Part shown: positions 25,489-33,479 of the stretch, piece after piece
Position numbering within the stretch: the stretch's first letter is position 1
Layout: every line of letters starts with the position of its first letter
Virus record (IMG/VR): IMGVR_UViG_3300032007_000010
Direction: 5' to 3' (one strand)
Source: a virus
Lineage: Duplodnaviria > Caudoviricetes
Length of the DNA: 64,000 bases
The notes under the pieces: generated by a model
Told to the model about the DNA's origin: nothing
What the model saw: only the letters and a program-made list of their open reading frames with translations
The model's database searches: none
Position numbers and translations under genes: made by a program

Positions 25489-28395
25489 TTGATGAGCAAG
25501 AAACATAATCACAAAGAAAGGAAGGAGGAATCCAATAGGACTAAATTTTCAAAGATTCTAACCCCCGAGCAGAAGGAGAACTTCAGATCGTTCGGGGAAC
25601 CGAATATGGATCAGAACTGGTTGGAGCTGTTCACGGGAACCGTCATGGAGGATCTCAGGACCATCATGGGATCCTGCAGCGACAATCAGCGCAAGGCCGA
25701 GTATGTGGAGCGGGAGCTCGCAGACTACGGTTTCTATGCGGTTGGGTTGGGGACCAACATTCTGACCATGGCCAATCCGGCCTATCCCGGCGTCGTCTTC
25801 AAGATCGCTCTGGACGATTTCGGGGTTGCAGATAACTTCAACGATGTTGAGCTATCGAAGTTTGTCCCCAGATACAATCGTGTCTTTGCGAGAGATCCAT
25901 CGGCGATGGTTTCGGTTCAGGAACGTCTGGTGCTGCCAACGCATCATCAGATGGAGATGTTTGAGCCGCAGATCATCGCCACGTTGAGAGATCTCAGCAA
26001 GTATTTCCTGGTCGCAGATCTCAGCCCCGATAACTATCTAAACTACGGGGTAACCAGAGATGGAGACTTTCGCTACATCGATGGTTCGGATCTGTATCCT
26101 CTGAGTCAGCTTCGGCACGAGCCTCGCTGCAATCGCATCGTCGGAGAACATAAGCACTCCGGCAAGTTCAAATACTGCGACGGCAAACTGCGCTACAACG
26201 GAGACTACTCGAGGATGATCTGCCAGTCCTGCGGCAAGGAATTCATACCGCTGGAGTTCAGACCAAGAAAGGACGTGAATCGAATGTATCAGGCACTGAG
26301 TGATGGACTGACCGCCGAGGAGCGCAAGGAGCTTGAGAGGGCCGAGCTTGGCTCGACGGTCGAACGAGAGGAGGACAATGACAGATACCGTCTCGGCAAT
26401 GAGGAGATTGCCGAGATGATGGCGGGGATGCATGAGAAGACCCGCAACATATTTGCGAACCGTGGTGAGATCGAGGAATATCGGAACGATATGGACGACG
26501 AGGACGAAGACGAGGAAGTCCATGTGATCCGTCCGAGATCGCGCTGGGATGAGGGCACATCCACGGACAACGCAAACGATGGGGATGTCGAAGATGATCA
26601 TCTCAACGACGAAATGTCGGATGATGCGTCCGATGATCAAGAGGAATCTGAGTTTGAGAATCCCACCTTTGTGGTGAACGAAGATGACGATTCCGAACAT
26701 CCCGTGCATACCGACGAGGACCACGAAGACGACCGCGATTCGGAAGGTTTCTTCGTGCTTCGGCCTCGTCAAGCTCCGCTGCCCACACTGAACGATCCTG
26801 ACCCGGCCGAAGACGGGGAAGACGAGGATCGTGTGGGCCCGCAGGTGAACCTGACCCAGGACGAGGAGGACAGGTCCGAGAATGCGGAGGCTGCCGAAGA
26901 ATCCATCTCCGACGATATTCGCATGAGCGATGAGTATCGATCTCTCAAGGAGAAGATTCTGCGTGCCGAGGGTGCCGTCGAGGAAGGAGACGGTGATGGG
27001 CACGACACGGCCACAGAGGTCCCCGGGGAGGATAGCCCCGTGACCACGGCGATGGGTGATGATTCCCATGGGCCGGGCACAGAAACCGTCTCCACGTTGG
27101 TTGAGGAGGCGTCGGCATTGTCACAGGAGGATGCCGGGTTTACCCTCAGCGGGGACCCGGAGATAGCCCAGTTCCAGAAACTGGTGGCCATCCTCAAGGA
27201 GCGGCAGGGGATCAGCTCCGGTGACCGAGCCGTGTATCGTGGTCTGTTGAAATATGTTCGAGGTGCTAAGCTTCGTGCGGTGCAAAACTTCGTGGATGAT
27301 GCGAAGGTATACTTTACCGGCTCCGACGATGGACATGACATTTCTGAGCTCGAACATGCGCAGTTCGATCAAGTAGGAGAATATGTGACATCTTCTCCGA
27401 AGTTCGATGCGAACCGCGCCGACAATTCCGAGGAACTCAAGTCTCTCCACGGGATCATCGAACGGCAAGGCCACATCAATGAATCGCTCTTGAATGAGCT
27501 AACCGAGAGAGAAAAGCATGTTGTTGAGCTGGAGCACGATCTCGAAGAGCTCCGGTCCGCGGTGGCGAATGACAACGATCCCACCGAGGATGACAAGGAT
27601 GTCCGGATTGCGAATCTCACCGAAAGGTTGACCGGTCTCACCGCCGAGCTGCAGACGGCGCGTGACAGTCTGGATACATATCTTGATCAGTTGACAAAGA
27701 TGCAGGAAGCGCATGACGCGGAGCTCGAGTCTGTTCGCGCAGACGCCGAGGCCCGGCTCGCTTCCCTCCAAACCACCAATGATGCGCTGCGGAGCGAACT
27801 CGACGAAACGCGGAGGTCCGCGGTCAATGTGGATGAGCTCCTCCGGAAGAATGCCGGCTATGAGCTGATGATTCAGCAGCAGCGCAAGGAGAATGAATCT
27901 CTCAAACAGAAGATCGCACAGAATGCCAAGATGCTCAACGAGGCATCGGATTCCGTCGGAGACGATGATTATGACCAGCTCTTCCGGGAGAAGAAGAGTC
28001 TCGAGCTCGAGGTCGAGGAACTTCGTGCCAAGGTCTCCGACAATGATGCGGTCGATACGTTGACCAAGGAGCTCGAAGAGCTTCGTGTTAAAAATGATCT
28101 GGCCAACAAGGTAATATCGGGCGAATCCGAAGAGGATGCACGTCCTGATCGAGCCCACTATCATGTGATCAATGATACGGGCCTCGACATTCCCGGAGGC
28201 TCTGGCCTCTATCCCGGAATCTATGTGGATATCCGTGGTGACTTTGATGCCGCCATGAAAGAGTCCGGTCTCAGCGTCTTTGTGGGTCTGGGTGATCAGA
28301 AGACCTACTACAAAGCGGTGGACTATCACGACATGCTCGACGATCTCAGGGAAACCCATGCCGAACTCGTCGAGGATATCCGGGGCAGGGAATGA
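25489..28395 (+). CDS. Protein-kinase-like domain + Zn ribbon + acidic linker + coiled coil
   Basis: GLGTN Gly-loop, VFKIALD Lys, ADLSPDNYLNYG catalytic loop, IDGSD; Cys pairs including CQSC; D/E-rich disordered middle; heptad-rich C-terminus. Confidence 0.65.
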   Translation: MMSKKHNHKERKEESNRTKFSKILTPEQKENFRSFGEPNMDQNWLELFTGTVMEDLRTIMGSCSDNQRKAEYVERELADYGFYAVGLGTNILTMANPAYPGVVFKIALDDFGVADNFNDVELSKFVPRYNRVFARDPSAMVSVQERLVLPTHHQMEMFEPQIIATLRDLSKYFLVADLSPDNYLNYGVTRDGDFRYIDGSDLYPLSQLRHEPRCNRIVGEHKHSGKFKYCDGKLRYNGDYSRMICQSCGKEFIPLEFRPRKDVNRMYQALSDGLTAEERKELERAELGSTVEREEDNDRYRLGNEEIAEMMAGMHEKTRNIFANRGEIEEYRNDMDDEDEDEEVHVIRPRSRWDEGTSTDNANDGDVEDDHLNDEMSDDASDDQEESEFENPTFVVNEDDDSEHPVHTDEDHEDDRDSEGFFVLRPRQAPLPTLNDPDPAEDGEDEDRVGPQVNLTQDEEDRSENAEAAEESISDDIRMSDEYRSLKEKILRAEGAVEEGDGDGHDTATEVPGEDSPVTTAMGDDSHGPGTETVSTLVEEASALSQEDAGFTLSGDPEIAQFQKLVAILKERQGISSGDRAVYRGLLKYVRGAKLRAVQNFVDDAKVYFTGSDDGHDISELEHAQFDQVGEYVTSSPKFDANRADNSEELKSLHGIIERQGHINESLLNELTEREKHVVELEHDLEELRSAVANDNDPTEDDKDVRIANLTERLTGLTAELQTARDSLDTYLDQLTKMQEAHDAELESVRADAEARLASLQTTNDALRSELDETRRSAVNVDELLRKNAGYELMIQQQRKENESLKQKIAQNAKMLNEASDSVGDDDYDQLFREKKSLELEVEELRAKVSDNDAVDTLTKELEELRVKNDLANKVISGESEEDARPDRAHYHVINDTGLDIPGGSGLYPGIYVDIRGDFDAAMKESGLSVFVGLGDQKTYYKAVDYHDMLDDLRETHAELVEDIRGRE

Positions 28396-28490
28396 CCATC
28401 AACTCATCCAGCGATGCCGGATGGGCTTTTCAAAAATGAAGGGCCCATCCACAATTCTATAATACCACAAATCAATAGGAGGATTACATC

Positions 28491-29678
28491 ATGGTATTTG
28501 TTCTGGAAGAACGCTATGCGCGCATGATCTTCAAGAAGTACCACAAGAATGTGGTGGCCTTCGGTCTCAACGGATCCAAGGGTTTCGTCGAGGACGAGAT
28601 GAAGGTTCCCTATCAGCGCCTTGCATGCATGCCCGACCTCGATGAGATCAACGGCGTCGTCGCCGGCCAGATCAAGGGCAAGAAGATCATCAGCAATGCC
28701 CTCAAGGCCCTGCACAAGCCCAGCATGGAGACCGCCGAGATTGGCATCACCATGGCTCAGCTCGTGAACATCATCTCCCCCGAGCACCGCGGTGCGAAGA
28801 AGGAGAAGAAGTATCGCAAGAATGGCCCCAACATCCTCGTCTTCGTGCTCGAGGACAACCTGAGCAAGAAGGATCGCAAGGCCGGCGGCGTGGAGGCCAA
28901 GGCCCACTCCAAGATGATCGAGAGGAAGAACGATTTCCTGACCAAGTACATCGGCGAGCTCTTCGCCGCCTTCGGTGTGCACATCATCGCCGACCCGAAG
29001 GTCGTGAAGAAGATCTTCGACACCAAGAAGAAGAAGGTCCCCGGCCGTGTGGCCGAGTTCATGCAGGACAACGACGAGGTTCGCATCGACGATGACGGCA
29101 TGAATCTCAAGCGGATCCTCTTCGCCTACTATGCGGTGGAGATCAACCAGAGTTCGCTCTCGGGGCTCCAGGGTGCCAACATCCAGCTCTCGAGCAAGTC
29201 CATCGAGAATCTGGCCATGGCGCTGGTGAAGATCTATACCAACAACAATCTGGCGGCGCTGCGCTATCTCAAGAAGAAGGATCTCAAGAAGATGGCAAAG
29301 CGCTTCAAGAAGAAGAACGAAGAGGCGGTCGAGGCCTACGAATCCTTCTCCGATCTCATCGAGGCGGTGCTTCCCGATCAGAAGCTGCCCGTGGTGAAGC
29401 TCGGCTACTCCAAGAAGGAGCGCAAGAAGGAGGATGGTAAGCCCAAGATGAAGGTGAAGAAGTTCATGAAGTTCTTCACCAAGCGCAGCAAGAAGACCAA
29501 CAACTGGTCCATGCTCATCATGCTCTATGCGCACACCGCCGCCCTCGCCACCGGCAACAACATCGGCGACAGCGCCTACAACAAGCAGCTCTCGGCCACC
29601 ATTGGCCGTCTGGAGATGCCCGACGGTTTCTCCAAGGCATTCGTGAGCGCTGCCAAGGCCTACGGCAAAGGCGAATAA
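28491..29678 (+). CDS. Lys-rich, probably highly expressed late/virion protein
   Basis: 395 aa, AGGAGG SD, CACAATTCTATAAT late-type promoter at 28450..28463, strong codon bias. Confidence 0.75.
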   Translation: MVFVLEERYARMIFKKYHKNVVAFGLNGSKGFVEDEMKVPYQRLACMPDLDEINGVVAGQIKGKKIISNALKALHKPSMETAEIGITMAQLVNIISPEHRGAKKEKKYRKNGPNILVFVLEDNLSKKDRKAGGVEAKAHSKMIERKNDFLTKYIGELFAAFGVHIIADPKVVKKIFDTKKKKVPGRVAEFMQDNDEVRIDDDGMNLKRILFAYYAVEINQSSLSGLQGANIQLSSKSIENLAMALVKIYTNNNLAALRYLKKKDLKKMAKRFKKKNEEAVEAYESFSDLIEAVLPDQKLPVVKLGYSKKERKKEDGKPKMKVKKFMKFFTKRSKKTNNWSMLIMLYAHTAALATGNNIGDSAYNKQLSATIGRLEMPDGFSKAFVSAAKAYGKGE

Positions 29679-29691
29679 GCTGTGAAAGCGA

Positions 29692-29724
29692 AGAACGGGA
29701 CCGTGGATGGTCCCGTTCTTTTTC
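29692..29724 (+). terminator. Intrinsic terminator
   Basis: agaacgggaccgtggatggtcccgttctttttt. Confidence 0.75.
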
Positions 29725-29742
29725 ATCAAGAAAGGAGAAATC

Positions 29743-30075
29743 ATGGCATCGGTGAAGATGTATCCGGTCTACAAATGTGAGATCTGTGACCGTTTCTTCT
29801 ATCGTCCTGATAAGGTGTTAGAGATTGCTGATGACGTTAATTTTCATATGGATTCGCTGAAGCATAATATCGAATCAAATCACGATACACATCACCGCTC
29901 CAAGGGTAATGGTATACATCTGATGAAGCTTGTGGGACTGCTGACCGAGAAGGACCATGAGCGCGACGCTAGGTCTTGTGAGATCCTAGATCAGGTGGAT
30001 AGTATTACCAAAGGATATGCTGTGCCAAGAATAGAATTGCCGGGTGGTTGGATAGAATGGCCGAGAACGAAGTAA
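29743..30075 (+). CDS. Small Zn-finger-like hypothetical protein
   Basis: MASVKMY..CEIC..H..H, AAGGAG SD. Confidence 0.6.
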   Translation: MASVKMYPVYKCEICDRFFYRPDKVLEIADDVNFHMDSLKHNIESNHDTHHRSKGNGIHLMKLVGLLTEKDHERDARSCEILDQVDSITKGYAVPRIELPGGWIEWPRTK

Positions 30076-30908
30076 GAACGGACGGTCTCGAACGAGACTC
30101 CGAAGGGTTCATCATATTGAGGAGGAGGTATTCTGAGCTCTACAAGAAAACCAACTACACCTCGTCGGTGGACAGGGTTCAGAATCGAATCTATGAGTAT
30201 GACCTGCATTCCGCAAACGTATCCGCGTTGAGGGCCACGGGCAAGTTTGATGAGCGCATGCTGGATATCCTTGAAAACTCCGAGAAGCAGGTCCGCGAGG
30301 AAGCCGTCGGCAAGATGATTCGCCGCGACAAGACCAAAACTATCTACGGATATATCTCCCGCGGAATCCAACGAGCCAAGGAGCAGCTCTTTCGTTTCAA
30401 TGGCATCAAGGATGATGAGGTCTTGACCATCAAAAACGATGCGGTCTTCGTGATCGGAAGAAAGCTTCAGCACACGACGTTCGGACCCTACGAGTTTCGA
30501 CTCAAGAATGTCTATGCGGGATACATCCGCATCGACAAGATCGAGATCTACTATGACAAGAAACACAAAAGCATCACGATCAAGGGAGTAAGCGACATGG
30601 TCGTCGAACACCCCGATCACCAGTCCGGCATGCTTTGTTTCTTTCTGCAGGTGTTCCGATACCTCGACCTGGATCAGGTCCAGGATCTGCGAGACTATCT
30701 GATTCGCTTTGCCCGCGATTACAAGGCACTGAAGCTTCCTCATCAGTACTATCGTGAACTGAATTCGAACAACATATACCGAACCAAGATAGAACTGGCC
30801 GGATTCGAGTACAATCTGACCGAGATCGGTCCGGATGACATGGATATGATAAACCCCATCTACAACTATCGACGGTTTGTGTTACCTCTGATTCAACAAT
30901 TCATGTGA
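30048..30908 (+). CDS. Divergent minimal family-B DNA polymerase-like protein
   Basis: YEYDLHSANVS (motif A-like) and TIKNDAVF (motif C-like); N-terminal RDSEGFIIL motif. Confidence 0.55.
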   Translation: MDRMAENEVRTDGLERDSEGFIILRRRYSELYKKTNYTSSVDRVQNRIYEYDLHSANVSALRATGKFDERMLDILENSEKQVREEAVGKMIRRDKTKTIYGYISRGIQRAKEQLFRFNGIKDDEVLTIKNDAVFVIGRKLQHTTFGPYEFRLKNVYAGYIRIDKIEIYYDKKHKSITIKGVSDMVVEHPDHQSGMLCFFLQVFRYLDLDQVQDLRDYLIRFARDYKALKLPHQYYRELNSNNIYRTKIELAGFEYNLTEIGPDDMDMINPIYNYRRFVLPLIQQFM

Positions 30909-30912
30909 GGGA

Positions 30913-31125
30913 GTGGTTCTGTTGACGGACGGTGCAAAGTTGTTTACCCTGCTCATTGCGTTTGTGATCATCGCGCATGCGATGAGCATGATGATTGGAA
31001 CGCTGGTCTCCAGGACCGGAGCCGGGAAGAAAGGAGACGATCGGGATGACCGAAACAATGCTGGGGATGGTGCTGATCTGGATGATACCCGTCCTGGCGC
31101 TGATGATTGTGCTGGCAAGACTTGA
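30913..31125 (+). CDS. Small membrane protein
   Basis: N-terminal hydrophobic helix; GTG/TTG start after GAGGGAG. Confidence 0.4.
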   Translation: MVLLTDGAKLFTLLIAFVIIAHAMSMMIGTLVSRTGAGKKGDDRDDRNNAGDGADLDDTRPGADDCAGKT

Positions 31126-31546
31126 GTTTCAGCTCGTGCGCTGGCAGATTAACCAGGCCAAGAAACTGAAGAATCAGGCGGCGGTGACCAAGAAGAAGAT
31201 CGAGATGGAGTACAACAAGATTGCCACCATGAGCCCGAAGGATCTCGACGAGTATCTGACGAGGATCATGTCCATGATAATCCAGATAACGATCACCACG
31301 GACATCGCCGAGAACGATCCGGACGCTGCGGCCATACTCTACGGGAATCTGGCTATCGGCATCGAGAAACATCTCGGTCCGGAGACCGTCGAGGCCATCG
31401 AGTATTTCTATGGCAAAGATTACATCACCCGCTGGTGTGAGCTCACCTACAACTTCCTCGACAGCGGGGGAGAATTGGCTACGATGGTACGTCGTGCCAA
31501 GAATGCGGTTATGCAGAGCAATGAAACAGAAGAATCCCCGGGTTGA
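31046..31546 (+). CDS. Membrane-anchored hypothetical protein
   Basis: AAGGAG SD, N-terminal transmembrane helix followed by coiled coil. Confidence 0.65.
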   Translation: MTETMLGMVLIWMIPVLALMIVLARLEFQLVRWQINQAKKLKNQAAVTKKKIEMEYNKIATMSPKDLDEYLTRIMSMIIQITITTDIAENDPDAAAILYGNLAIGIEKHLGPETVEAIEYFYGKDYITRWCELTYNFLDSGGELATMVRRAKNAVMQSNETEESPG

Positions 31547-31567
31547 TCCCGGGGATTTCTTTTTTTT
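31532..31567. terminator. Bidirectional terminator / possible DGR target hairpin
   Basis: gaatccccgggttgatcccggggatttctttttt; same core recurs at 33377. Confidence 0.65.
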
Positions 31568-32315
31568 ATTGCACAACCTCAATGCACGGACGGAACCCAG
31601 ACGTAGCGCCCGGAGTGTGGCTGCTGAAGTAGCCGTCGTAAAGGATGCGCCAGACATAGCTGGAGCTGTACGGACAATCAGAGCACCAATAGTTATAGAT
31701 GTTTTTCACGGCATAGTCATCCTCGGACGAGCCCGTCCACTTGCGAATGCCAGACCAGTCAGAACTGGTCGGGTCGTTGCTATCGGTCCAGCTGGCGATG
31801 TCGGTCTTCTGGGCGATCCACACCTTTGCGGTGACGCTCTGGACTGTCTTCGAGTTGACGACCGACAGCGCGTTCGCCGACATCGCGTTCTGGAAGGTCG
31901 TGCACTTCGACGCGATCGTCGAACCGCTGTAGGTGTTTGACGAACCGAACTCTGTTGTCTCAGAGATAACCTTCTTCATCAACGTGTAGGTGGATCCGGA
32001 TACGTTGGCGATGATCCAGTCGATACCGTCGAAGCGCACATACGAACCCTTGGTAAGAGTACCCGAAATTCTATCTGAACCATATTCACCAGCTGGTTTC
32101 CCGGTAATTAGTTGACCGTACGCATCCCAGGCATATATACCATACTCAAGATCATCCACTGTTACATTTGCCCCAGAAAAATCGAAAGTCTTCTCATTGT
32201 ACATTTGTTCCCAGTACGCAGCCTGTTGCTGTGCTGCCGTCAACTGCGTTCGCAATGTTCCGATCTCGGCATTGAGCTCAGAGATCTTCGAAGCATTTGG
32301 CTTATTATAGATCAT
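31566..32315 (-). CDS. Tail-fibre/receptor-binding-like protein with C-terminal CLec-like (DUF6273-type) DGR variable region
   Basis: Start MIYNKP (GGAGG SD); coiled coil; fibre motif ANVTVDDLEYGIYAWDAYGQLITG; C-terminus YWCSDCPYSSSYVWRI..G.F..H..G.RPCI typical of DGR targets. Confidence 0.7.
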   Translation of the reverse strand: MIYNKPNASKISELNAEIGTLRTQLTAAQQQAAYWEQMYNEKTFDFSGANVTVDDLEYGIYAWDAYGQLITGKPAGEYGSDRISGTLTKGSYVRFDGIDWIIANVSGSTYTLMKKVISETTEFGSSNTYSGSTIASKCTTFQNAMSANALSVVNSKTVQSVTAKVWIAQKTDIASWTDSNDPTSSDWSGIRKWTGSSEDDYAVKNIYNYWCSDCPYSSSYVWRILYDGYFSSHTPGATSGFRPCIEVVQ

Positions 32316-32416
32316 GTCTGATCCTCCATGCGCTACAGCCCTACCCTCTGTGCGCTTATCTATAACCATGTCATGGTTATAGATCTCGAACCCCTCCCGA
32401 ACCGGGAGGGGCAGGA

Positions 32417-33049
32417 TCATTTGAAGGACTTCAGTTTTTCGGCCACATCGAAGAGGCCGCTGTCGGTCATTTCGCCACGATGCTTCTCGGCGAGCTTAAT
32501 ATACTTTTCCACGCGCTGCCAGTGATTGTCTTCCATTCCGTCATACCATCGATCGATGAAACGGTCCACACGACCGACCGTGGCCTTGATGTCGATGAAG
32601 ACTGCATCACCCTTGTGCACCGCCTTGTGCGCGGTCTTGGTGAGAAAGACCACCTGCACGTTATCGAGCTCATGCTCGGTCAGCACCTGATCAGCCACAT
32701 CGAAGCTGCACAGGTCCTTTATCTTCCCACGGCGCATGGATGCCTTGAGCACAATATCGCAGTAATCGAACAGTGTGAACAAACTGCCGTGGTGCATCTC
32801 CAGGTCCACGTTGTCATTCTTTTCCACCACATGACCGATGATGGCGCAGTGATCAAAGCCTGCCTGGCGCACCTTGCCCACGTACTTCTTGTATCGATCA
32901 TCCTTGCGCACCGCAAATTCACAGGCCTTCACAAATTTGACATAGGAATCGTAGTCGTGAAGAAGCACCTCCGGATCCGCGCCGAAGGATATGAACTTAT
33001 CCTCGTTGCGTCCGGTTCCATATATCCGAATCACATCGCTCTTGGCCAT
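32417..33049 (-). CDS. HNH-like conserved jumbo-phage protein (paralog of 22309..23115)
   Basis: FVKACEFAVRK..Y..C..LEMHH..TLFDYC..LTKTAHKAVH. Confidence 0.55.
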   Translation of the reverse strand: MAKSDVIRIYGTGRNEDKFISFGADPEVLLHDYDSYVKFVKACEFAVRKDDRYKKYVGKVRQAGFDHCAIIGHVVEKNDNVDLEMHHGSLFTLFDYCDIVLKASMRRGKIKDLCSFDVADQVLTEHELDNVQVVFLTKTAHKAVHKGDAVFIDIKATVGRVDRFIDRWYDGMEDNHWQRVEKYIKLAEKHRGEMTDSGLFDVAEKLKSFK

Positions 33050-33067
33050 TTATTTTTACACCCCCAT

Positions 33068-33087
33068 AACATTATTATAGGATCGTT
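33068..33087. promoter_or_regulatory. Overlapping divergent late promoters
   Basis: AACATTATTATAGG (+, 33068) and AACGATCCTATAAT (-, 33087). Confidence 0.55.
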
Positions 33088-33408
33088 GAATGTTTTCGAT
33101 TTCGACGACCCATGAATCACAAGGGGGGGGTTTGACCCCACCAAAAACAACCGTCGATCGTGAATCGACACAACAACCTCACTTCGCTACAATCATACTC
33201 GTTTGAACCTCCTACACAATACAAATTCGGTAACCAGCCAAAAACATCCTTTCTTAGCAATGGGGAAAGATCTCGGATTTGACCGAGCCGTAAACCATGC
33301 TCACAACACGTGATGCTTTCTTTTTATGTCTTTCGACACGTGGTAGTGAAACTCCTTTCTAAAAGCATAGCACGCTCCCCGGGTTGATTCCCGGGGAGCC
33401 GTCGTTTC
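33078..33408 (+). ncRNA. Putative ~320-nt late non-coding RNA rich in anti-SD motifs
   Basis: Bounded by a late promoter and a GC hairpin (33374..33399); no long ORF; contains AACCTCCT, ATCCTTTCT and ACTCCTTTCT. Confidence 0.45.
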
Positions 33409-33419
33409 ATATGACCGCG

Positions 33420-33433
33420 AACATCCTTATAAG
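33420..33433 (+). promoter_or_regulatory. Late promoter AACA-N6-TA
   Basis: AACATCCTTATAAG upstream of the baseplate/RNAP operon. Confidence 0.65.
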
Positions 33434-33479
33434 TTGGAGAATGACCTATTTTTATGCCAGGAAAGGCGGTGTATATTGA

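Noticed and set aside
33100-33400. Candidate DGR template repeat (A/C-rich, near the target gene, shares the hairpin core ccccgggttgat.cccgggg)
   Set aside because: It does not align with the variable region at non-adenine positions, and no reverse transcriptase ORF is present in the window.
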